Positions 1 through 10,500 of a DNA stretch of 64,000 nt are shown one piece after another. How positions within the stretch are numbered: position 1 is the stretch's first letter; each line of letters begins with the position of its first letter. The notes beneath the pieces were generated by a model. It did not search any database. It saw nothing but the letters and a program-made list of their open reading frames with translations, and was not told where the DNA came from. Source of the stretch: Oopsacas minuta (taxonomy: Eukaryota > Animalia > Porifera); contig JAKMXF010000028.1 in NCBI GenBank assembly GCA_024704765.1, forward strand, positions 1 to 64,000, written 5' to 3'. A program made the position numbers and the translations under genes.

Positions 1-630
1 GACTTACAACCAGGTACTAGGCATGTCATGTTGAATATGTGATGATGCGGTACAAATATTGCAGTAATTGGAAGAAACGAAAATATTTACAATAATTATT
101 ATATATTATCAACATTGAATACAAAATTTATGGGTGGGTAAAATATTTTTCATATTAAGACGTTTAAGACACAAAATTTCAAAAGTAATCACAAATATTG
201 ACGCTAATACATAGTTTGCATGTTGCTACATAAGATCTCTATCCTCATAATGAATTATACATATTCTTAGAGCACTATAGGCGATTAATTCGCGCGAACA
301 ATACGACTGAATTGGATACTCAAACATGTGCAAAACTGAAGTTTTATAAATCAGGCAAAATTATACCAAAATATGTTCTAAGGAGTAAGCAGTTGTTGGA
401 TACACATAAATGTTAAAATCACTTTGATATATTAAGAAATACAAAAGTTATGATGTAAAGTAGTCCGATGGTAATGACAATCCATGGTCCAAAATTTCGA
501 TAGAGTGCCATTGCCTTAGTATATAGAATGCTATGAGTAGATGTTAGATATCATTAATATACAGTAAGGTTTATCACATTTAGAATATCAAAATTTTGTA
601 ATTTCGTGACTGTTGCCCTATATACTACTA

Positions 631-1752
631 ATGCATATAGCAATCAGTTTAATAAGTTGTATTCTATGTTTCGTGGTAAGGATACAACCAATTACCATAA
701 AGATGATACCAGAGTATTACTGGGGCATTCACTGGAGTGGAAACTTTACTGAAATGTGTGGTATGCCCTGTATTCTATTAGAGAATCCATCTAATCCAGA
801 TGGTGAGTTCTATATGGCTATGAATAACGAAGATGTTCGTAAGGCTGTCAATACATACTCAGATGTATCAGTGCGTATTCTCGGCTCTAAGGAACCACAA
901 CACTACTATAAATTGCTCAAAATATCGTATTTGAATGAACATTTCGAAGGTACTGCACTTCTAGATTGGACTTCAGATGTACCATGGACTCTGATGCCAG
1001 ACATGGAATATTTACAGGCTATTGAAATGCCAAAAAATCCAGCACCTAAAGCTACATTCGTTGCTCGAAACTGTAACCCAATGAACAACCGTATGGCTTA
1101 TGTTAAACATATTGACGATGCTATAGGTGTAGTAGCAGCCAGTAGTTGTTATCATAACACAGACTGGCCAAGATGTGGTGACAGGGAATGCAGTAAAATT
1201 GAAGCGATCCGTCCATACAAGATTCATCTTGCTTTTGAGAATGGAGACTCGACAAATTTTGTGACTGACAAAATCTATCAAGCATTTGAAGCCGGTGTGC
1301 TACCTGTGTGGATGGGCACGAGGGATGTAGCAACAGCTGTCCCAAAGGGTTCTTATATCGATGTAGCTGATTTTGATACTCCAAAAGATCTAGCATTATA
1401 CTTGATAGAAGTTCTAGCTGACGAAACACTCTATCAGAGTTATTTTGAGTGGAAAAACAAACCGTTTGATAAGGAATTTGATGATAGATTTCGAGTTCTG
1501 TGGACTGATCCGTTTAACTGTAGAATGTGCAGATACATTGATGCATACAAGAAAGGACTTGAATGGGATATTGTAAAACAGGTGGCTAAGAACACTGAAG
1601 TCCAAAATGAAATTATTGAAAGTGGAGGTGAAATTGGAATTTTTGGTTTTACCACTCAGCAATTCTATTTTATAGTTTCACTTTTTGTCATAGCTTCAAT
1701 CTTGTATTTTGCTTGTAGGAAGCGGATAAATAGGAAATTTTATCTCTTATAA
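631..1752 (+). CDS. Glycosyltransferase family 10 (alpha-1,3-fucosyltransferase-like), intronless, hydrophobic at both ends
   Basis: GT10 motif variant YKIHLAFENGDSTNFVTDKIYQAFEAGVLPVWMG, plus ATFVARNC and SYIDVADF...LALYL segments. The ORF track starts at TTG 613; the first ATG is 631. Confidence 0.85.
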   Translation: MHIAISLISCILCFVVRIQPITIKMIPEYYWGIHWSGNFTEMCGMPCILLENPSNPDGEFYMAMNNEDVRKAVNTYSDVSVRILGSKEPQHYYKLLKISYLNEHFEGTALLDWTSDVPWTLMPDMEYLQAIEMPKNPAPKATFVARNCNPMNNRMAYVKHIDDAIGVVAASSCYHNTDWPRCGDRECSKIEAIRPYKIHLAFENGDSTNFVTDKIYQAFEAGVLPVWMGTRDVATAVPKGSYIDVADFDTPKDLALYLIEVLADETLYQSYFEWKNKPFDKEFDDRFRVLWTDPFNCRMCRYIDAYKKGLEWDIVKQVAKNTEVQNEIIESGGEIGIFGFTTQQFYFIVSLFVIASILYFACRKRINRKFYLL

Positions 1753-1925
1753 TCACCTTTTTTCAATGATTTGCTGACCAATTTTCAAAATAGAACAGAA
1801 TTTTCTAGAATAATGTTACTTCTACGTAATATATATTTTCTCAATTATATGAGGTTGCATTTTTTTCGATAGTTTACAACGAAATATGTATTTATAGATT
1901 CTATAGACAAATTATTGAGTGGAAT

Positions 1926-3653
1926 ATGACTATTTTACCAAAGAAGGATAAATCAGACAATTCAGATTCAGACGGTTCTAATTCGTCAAATACCAGTACT
2001 CAGGCTAGAGATGCTTACCAACATACAGCCTCGTGTCATAATGAGGATTATGATTCTGCATCTCAATCAACAGCATGCTCTGTATCGAGGAGCAAACGTC
2101 GTTTACGCGCTTCTGTCTCTACACGTCCGTTACAAACCGCCCGACCTGCCCCTTTATCTCTAACTATCCCTCTCTTACCATCTTGCTCCGCATCCTCCTC
2201 CTCCTCCTCCTCCCTTCCACAGCCCAGCACGTCTATCACAAAACCGCGGAAAATCCCCGCGCTACTTGCCGCCGGGTATAGCAGTGACGAGTGTAACAGC
2301 GCTGAAGAATACGACTCTTCTACTCGGAGCAAAACCGACTGTGACAGAGAACAGAGATTCGAAGAGTACTTATGGAAGGAATGGGGGTTTTTAATAAAAC
2401 AAATGAAATTAGACGGAAACTGTCTATTCCGTAGCATAGCTGATCAGATATATGGAGACGAGGAAATGCAGTCCATGGTTCGTGGCATGTGTATGGATTA
2501 TATGATGAAAAATAGCGATTATTTTGCGCAATTTGTGACCGAAGATTTTTCAAAATACATCAGTAGGAAGAGTAGAGATTGTTGCTATGGTAACCACTTA
2601 GAAATGCAGGCACTTTCCGAGATGTATAACCGTAACATTGAAGTGTATCAATTCAAAAAGCCTCCAATCGTATTCTACAGTCCTGACGCTACAGATAACG
2701 ATCCAATGCGGTTATCATACCACGGACAAATCCATTACAACTCTATAGTAGACCCCAAGCGACCTGCAGTCGGTGTAGGACTAGGTTTACCTGGATATAA
2801 GCCTTCTGAGGAGGACAAACGAGTACTGGAGCGAGCAATTAAGGAATCGGAAGAATTTACCATAGAGGAATCTATGTTGAAAGATAAATTAGATGCGACT
2901 GAAATTGAAGCGACTAACGAAGCGGTAGAAGAAGCAATAGCTAGAGAATCTTACTTAATCTGGTTAGAGGAAACTCGTACCAGACAGGATTACAAAGCTT
3001 CTAGTTCTTCTGTGATAACACAAGCTCTATCCTCTCCTTCTAACGATATATCTCCTTCAAACAGTCCACCCAGATCGCCTTTGTTACGCAGTCGATCACT
3101 AACAAACCTAAACCCTATCCTAAAACCTGCCCAATCGCCTCCTCCCCTTCAACTTCCTAGCGGTAAGATGTCACCTGTCATGTTCAAGAGACAGGTGTCA
3201 TCTCCTAGTCTAGCTAAACTGAGGACTAGTCCCACTACTCCAGTAATGACTCCTTCCTATTCAGACAACAGTATATCCTTCTCAAGACCTAAACACTCAC
3301 ACAAACACAGTTATAAGAAGCTCTCCAGCAGCACTTCTAACTTCCGTAAGGTCCCTTATCCCTCCCCTAAATCTTCACCTCACAGCTCCAAACATAATTC
3401 CCCTACATCTTCTCCTTCTACCTCTCCTCGCTCCTCTCCCTTACTATCCAACCCTCCTATACGATCTCCCCAGGAGCAGGTTGTAGAGAAATCACTGCCT
3501 ACCTCCTCCGATCCTATATACCCGTTTGAGTACAGCTCAATGCTGGATGGACCCTCATTCGGTATGTCTGACTGGGGAGATGATAGCATTATAGCTGCTG
3601 TTATGGCAGCATCCCAACAAGAATATTTCCAAGCCCAACTCAACAGTTCCTGA
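1926..3653 (+). CDS. OTUD5: OTU-domain deubiquitinase OTUD5/DUBA, intronless
   Basis: Cys box DGNCLFRS, YGNHLEMQALSEMYNR, His box LSYHGQIHYNS, upstream GYSSDE..NSAEEY motif, C-terminal UIM-like DDSIIAAVMAASQQEY. Confidence 0.9.
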   Translation: MTILPKKDKSDNSDSDGSNSSNTSTQARDAYQHTASCHNEDYDSASQSTACSVSRSKRRLRASVSTRPLQTARPAPLSLTIPLLPSCSASSSSSSSLPQPSTSITKPRKIPALLAAGYSSDECNSAEEYDSSTRSKTDCDREQRFEEYLWKEWGFLIKQMKLDGNCLFRSIADQIYGDEEMQSMVRGMCMDYMMKNSDYFAQFVTEDFSKYISRKSRDCCYGNHLEMQALSEMYNRNIEVYQFKKPPIVFYSPDATDNDPMRLSYHGQIHYNSIVDPKRPAVGVGLGLPGYKPSEEDKRVLERAIKESEEFTIEESMLKDKLDATEIEATNEAVEEAIARESYLIWLEETRTRQDYKASSSSVITQALSSPSNDISPSNSPPRSPLLRSRSLTNLNPILKPAQSPPPLQLPSGKMSPVMFKRQVSSPSLAKLRTSPTTPVMTPSYSDNSISFSRPKHSHKHSYKKLSSSTSNFRKVPYPSPKSSPHSSKHNSPTSSPSTSPRSSPLLSNPPIRSPQEQVVEKSLPTSSDPIYPFEYSSMLDGPSFGMSDWGDDSIIAAVMAASQQEYFQAQLNSS

Positions 3654-4541
3654 TTAATTATTGATGTTATGTATCTATAAAGATGTTTGTTTTTGTTTAT
3701 TTGTTTTCTTTGCCATATCATATAGGCCTTACCATCACCAATCAGCTGTTGATGATTATTTCATGATTTGAGTAAATAACATTATAATTAGTATATTAAT
3801 ATGTTTGTAGTATGTTGTTATTGTATTAATATGTTATGGATGTTATTCTATGCGTATATCAAATATTTTCTTAGATGAGCCATGTCTTATCGCAATTCCC
3901 ATCAAGTTATTCATATTGTGCCTATTTAGATAATTCATATTTGTTAAGTGCCTTAGTGAAGCCATTAAGTAATTGGCTCACTTGACCAGAAAGAGAAACA
4001 TTTAAAATAGTTTCTGTTAATCGACCAACACCATATTCCTCTTAATCAGGTAAAATGACCTGTCGCAGTGTGAAGTAATTGTAGGTGTTTCCTATATACA
4101 AAACCACCACGAGATTGAAAATCTTGTCTATGAGACTTCGTATATACTAGGAAGGAGACTTAAATCACTTAATTAATACAAATCCTACTGGAAAGGGCTA
4201 CTAGCACACTGCACTACTTGGTTCATAATAAGCAACCCTGACTGTATCCATGCAGTATGGTACTAATAGACGCTAGACCTCACACATATTTACGTCTCAT
4301 TTAATTTCCTATTTAATTGAAGACAGTAAAACTCGGTTAAGACATACGTCTTTTGTGGAAATAATAAGAGTACGTATGAATCTCATAATACGTTCTATAA
4401 CTCCGAACCGAATAGATATTGTATTTATAGTGAAGGTAATTAGATTTCAATTTAACTAAGCGAATGCATTATCGAGTTCTACTGTACAAGAATTGTATTA
4501 CCTTTTTATGACTTATTTTAAAATTATCTATCAGTGAGGTA

Positions 4542-7500
4542 ATGGCATTTTCTAAGGGTCAATGTCTAGGATACTTATCAGAAGCTCACGCACCATTCAA
4601 AAAGCACCAATTTGTTCTCTTAAACTCTTTATCAGCTGATCCAGTCAAAGTAACCTCACTAACTGACAGTAAAGTTAGCAAGGATGTGTCCAGAAATAAA
4701 ATATCCTTGCTGGAGGATACAACTCTTGTACTCAAATCAGATTCTCCTCTGAGTGCCGAGAAGTTTATAACTCAGCTGATAGAGATAGGCAGGACTCAGC
4801 TGTTTGATGTAGCTTTCCAACAGAACATTATTAGTCATGCAGAGTAAGTTTAAGTCATGTTAAGTAATATACTCTACTCATAACCTTCCACGTGGGTCCA
4901 CTTCTGGAAAGATTATATTTGTATTTAGGCCACTGTTAGTTGGAAATTTGTTTCATATTGTCATTACTGCACAGTGTTACTTACCAACATGGGAATAGTT
5001 GCGATTTTGTCTTCACAGAACTCATCAACGTAATTTTTGGTCGTTTTAGTGTCCATAAACTAATCTGACTATTAAATAGTAGGTGGCGCCACCCTATCTT
5101 CACCATGCATATAACTCTCTTTCAAAAATCAATGGACTAATACATTAGCATGATTGCGATTACGATTACAATCTGATAGAATCAGCTGATTACGAATATG
5201 ATTAACCTAATAGAAACATAGGATAACGATTACGATTATGATCACAGGAAAGTGTGTAATCGGTTATAATCGATCACGATTGTAATGGTGATCGGCCCCA
5301 ACCCTGTCCCAGTAGGATTCCTTCTTGGCAGGCTTGTCAAAAGGGCCTATAGTCAGGTCAGGTAGGGTTAGGTTATCTTGAAAATATTTCTTACAGGTCA
5401 GGTCTCAAGATTAATCAGGTCATTTTCGGGTCATTTAACAATCAATTAAGCGCAATTAATCAAGTTAGGAATGGTGAAACCATACACTAAGGGATGGATA
5501 GATATATGGCCAGTTTTTACTCAGTATTTATTTTGAAGAGGGCCTATTCCATTGAAGATATATCATAATGAAACTAATTGACCCTATTATGGAGGTAATT
5601 CAATTAAATTTACGAGTTAATTAAGTGACGGGATTAGCAAGGTAAGATCCTGTAAATGACCTGAAGTGACCTTTTTCAGGTTAAGTCAGGTCATGACGTG
5701 ACCTTTTGACAAGCCTGCTACTTGGCGCTGAAAATTATCAATATGTGTAAATCCGTAAATGTTTTGATAAAAATATATTTGTATTGATGCTACAAAAGTA
5801 ATTAAAGGTGCTGAATTAATAGTGATCGTAAATAGGAGTGTTAAGGCTATAAGGGTTGGTATGAATCTAGATTGCTGCTCGGGGCGGCGCCTCTCGTTAT
5901 GTCCTGAATCACTAACATCAGGTAACTCGAACATTCGCTATCTCGTACAGATTTTTATTCCCCTGAGGGTTCTATTTATCAGATGTTAACTGTATTTTCA
6001 AAACAAAAATTTGAGACAAAAGTTACTCATACCCTGCATAGGCTAAGCTCATTTTCGAAAAACAGTTATCTATGTAATCACATATATGTACAGTAGGACT
6101 TCATTTACAGTAATCGTAGAAATTCGTACTCTTTTCCTTAGTTACATGTTAACCGTTTTCATATTAACGAGGTTTACTATATATTTCCTATAGGAAGGTT
6201 CATATCCTACACTTAGCAGCTAATAAAGGCTCATCAGCTCTATTTTCTTATCTGTTAGAGAAATTCCCAGATATAAATCTACAGGACAGAGACTCTAATG
6301 ATAACAATCTGATACATGCTGCTGTTACAAACACAGCTCACCCTGATGTGTTAGATATCTTACTCAAGAGGTATACTAATGATAAGACTGCTAGAGATGG
6401 TGAGTTTTAAAATCTTAAGAATTAAGTTTGTTGGTTGATAAGGCCTCGAGGATTTATCCATGAACCCATGTATATATGCACAACTACTTTAGTTCATTTC
6501 CATCTATCAACATATGAAAAACAAGTCTCTTCCAAAATACTCACGGAAGGATTTGCTTTTACAATTTAATAATTTTGGAATGTAAAATACTGGAATGGTT
6601 AATCTTAATTCAATAAATGTGTTTAACCGATGTATTGACTAAAATTGAAACTGGATATATTAATGTATATGACACTTTTCGGTTAAGCTATTATATTTCT
6701 CATCGCATTTAACTGGATTTAGTACCGGTTAACCGAACCTAGCACTGTTCTGAAGTAGACTTAGAAAAATGATATTAATATAATTTTTAACCTACAATTT
6801 TATAGGTATTTATGTAATTTATATTCCTATTTATAGATGCCAGTGATAACAGTGATAGTAGTGATAGTTATGCAGTTAATGATGTATTATACCAGAAGAA
6901 CTATGCTAGGTTAACTCCACTATTGCTAGCAATTAAAGAAAATTGTCCTAACTCAGTGAGGAAGCTAATAGCAGCTTGTTGTAGTATGAGAATAGGTTTG
7001 GATAAAGATGATAAAACAGCTGTACATTATGCAGCTAGATTGAACAGAGCTGAGTGTCTTGAGATAATGAGTAATGTAGAAGATGATAATCTAGAAGATT
7101 ATAAGAAGATTTTAGTTCTTAAGAATAAATTGAAGTTAATTCCTGTTATGTTGGCAGAAGATACAGCTTCTATTAAGGTTTGTTACTTTGTGACTATTGT
7201 TTCATTTAGGGCCCGGGAATCGGTCCTGATACTCAACTCTCACGATTTCGTGTCTACAAATACTGCAGAATCCTTGTTTTTTTCACAGAAATTTAATACT
7301 AATTGTAAATCTCACGATATTGAAGGTTTACAGGTTGAGAGCCCTGGAACTATGTTAACGAATAATGTTATATATTTTGTCCATATATTTAATATGTGTG
7401 TCTATGATCTTGCGGGGTAATATATATGAATTTTTAGTTTTGGTTTGGTTTAACAAGTAAATTTCCCGCTCAATTGATGAACGTGAAGATTAAGAGTTTC

Positions 7501-10500
7501 TTCTTTTGAGCATATTATGGTTGGATTTGCATCGAGTAATTTGCCTCTTTTCCGCGGAATTTGGGTGCAAAATTCCATTTCAACCGTATTGGGTTTAGCA
7601 CTTTAATATGCAGAGAGCCATAAATGAGGTCTCTGAAAGCATTTCTAACATGTTTGTTTAATCCTAGTGAGATTTTGGTGGCACTTTATTAAAGTTATGA
7701 GTCACACAAATGTATTTACTGTTTAGAATAATCCAATACGAAACAACAATGTAGAACTAGAGATTTATTTCGTGAATAGAACTTTATAGTTTCCATTTCC
7801 TAAACTTTAATCAACATCCTCATAATATTTGTAATTTTCAAGCTATTGACTACAATTTGGTTTTGCTCTAGGAATATATACGAACATTTATGTGTTATGT
7901 TACTTAGGTTTGTCGTAGGATAGTTTAACCACAAATATTACTTACGTGAATACTTATTGGATGTTGAAATTGTAAATGTAACATGTGAATCATAATAATA
8001 ATTAGGGTAGTTAAACTGTCATACAAACAGTTCTTCGACTAATTCATTTGAATATGTATTATAAAATTCATCCTTACTAACTTACCAACACTTAATAATT
8101 ATTTCCCGGTATTCTTTGTTAGATCCTGGTATTTTCGGGAATTTTTCGGAATCAGAATTTTGCTAATGTTTTCCTGGATTCTCAAATTCTTCCCTGGATT
8201 GCTTGTAAATCCCGGGAGGGAGGGTTGGTAATTTGTATTTCTCCATTTTAATGAATTACAGTTGATCCTCGTTAATCCCAATCCTCGCTAATGCAAGCAG
8301 TTCCGAAAGTGTATATAACTTCTGGAAAGTGTTCAAATTTTCAAATACAGTCAATGCTGGTTATAAGAACATCGTCGGGAACTGGACATAATGTTCTTAT
8401 ATCCGGCATCTACTGTAGAACTAATTGTATCTAATATTGTTGTAGACGAACACATGTTATTACACATATTATTACACATATTGGCATCCTTTTCATCGTT
8501 TGTACAACTTTCGAAAGTTATATCTAATTCCTATATTATACGTATAGTTTTGTTTCAATGCATTTCGCTTATCCGAAATAATTATTTTGAAATTGGAGTA
8601 GTGAGGATGTACTGTAGTCAACTGAGTATTGTCAGGATGTACTGTAGTCAACTGAGTATTGTCAGGATGTACTGTAGTCAGCTGAGTATTGTCAGGATAT
8701 ACTGTAGTCAACTGAGTATTGTCAGGATGTACTGTAGTCAACTGAGTATTGTCAGGATATACTGTAGTCAACTGAGTATTGTCAGGATGTACTGTAGTCA
8801 GCTGAGTATTGTCAGGATGTACTGTAGTCAACTGAGTATTGTCAGGATGTACTGTAGTCAGCTGAGTATTGTCAGGATATACTGTAGTCAACTGAGTATT
8901 GTCAGGATGTACTGTAGTCAACTGAGTATTGTCAGGATGTACTGTAGTCAGCTGAGTATTGTCAGGATATACTGTAGTCAACTGAGTATTGTCAGGATGT
9001 ACTGTAGTCAACTGAGTATTATCACGTTTATAATTATATACTTGTAGATATTATTGAAACATTTTGACATTGAGAAGGTAGTATCTGATGAACTGGGTTC
9101 TATTCTACACTGGGCATCTGGTAATGACAATATGAATCTAGTTAGAGTTCTCTTGTCTCTCGATAATCCAGCTAAAGTGAACAAGAAGAACGGTAAAGGC
9201 TTCACCCCCCTCAAGATTTCAGCTAAGAGAGGATTCGCTCGTATTGTAGAAGTTCTACTTAAAGAAGGGGATGCTGATCCTGATTTCATTGGTATGTATA
9301 TACCTAATTCTAAATATATTTCGCGGCTAATTTCATTTTAATTACGTTACCTTCACTATTAGTGCTTTCGAGCATTCTGTATTTCCCAAAGTGAAAAGTC
9401 TTGCTAATGCTTCCTTGATACCACACTTTGGGAGGTTCTACAGTAAGCCATCTATCATTACGTATGATGAGTGGTCAAGTTAGATAGCCTGAACAAATTA
9501 ATAACGGTATACTATTAGTATATAAATTCCAACCGGATTTCCTAAGGCGGGGCTCATGCCATCATTGTTGCGGGCGGCAGAAAGATAAGTTCGTCAGTGT
9601 TTTCTTTGTCTAGGACTGACCTAAGCAGACTTTTGTCGAGTAATTCGTGAATGATTGTTTAATTTGATCCAAAAGGATTTAATAGGATTGTTTGAGGTTA
9701 GCAGTGAAATACTCGAAGTCACTTTTAACACCTTATAACTCTGCAACCGTTGACTGAATTGACATACAACTTGATACATACTTATGACTTATAGTGTTTC
9801 CAACCTGATCTGGATTCAGGGGCGGCGCCAGCTACTTAAACTGATTAGTGCAGCTATACGAATAAGATATGATAAAAATGTGACCTACCGCATGCAGTAC
9901 TAGCACAGAAAGTGTCTAAACATTCTTGGATGTTGTTTATGTCATTTTGAGGTACCCCTGGCTTGGGAGGAGTGGCGATTTATCCTGGATTATGGGCTAT
10001 ACGTATTGGATGTGCTAGGTTATTTGACGCACTCCTTTACTGCTACACTTACCGTTCTAGTAGCGCATGCACCAGCCGCCCAGTACTTTTAAATAGCTCA
10101 ACAAATCATCCAGGGTAAATCAACAAGATTAACGGTCTATGCTAGAGCCTAAGGTAGTGCCTGCCAAGAAAGAGGTCGTGCCCAGGCACGACCTGCCACT
10201 ACCCCTGGAGCAGCCCCGCCCTGGCGAGATTCGGTTAACTGTATAGTGTCGTCTTCACTAATCTTCAGTGTTCTTAGGGTTTTGAGAGGTATATACAATA
10301 TATTAACGGATTCTTCTAGTTGGGTATTTATGCGATGTTACATTTTATTTTTTATTCACAAATTTCAATCCTTTTGTAAGATACAATCCCATCACTATTG
10401 ATATAACAGTTATGGATTGATTTAAGTCACAAAACATTATTAATTGTATAAAAGATAGTTGCAGCGGTTAACCTTTTACCACTATTATTGTAACTACCCC

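Noticed and set aside
2063-2553. Antisense and alternative-frame ORFs inside OTUD5
   Set aside because: Shadows of a GC-rich low-complexity coding region, with no recognisable domain.
8601-9020. CRISPR-like array, or repeat-protein ORFs on both strands (RMYCSQLSIV and TTVHPDNTQL)
   Set aside because: Units abut with no unique spacers and there are no cas genes. A 30-bp unit keeps one frame open by arithmetic, and the array lies in a phase-consistent intron.
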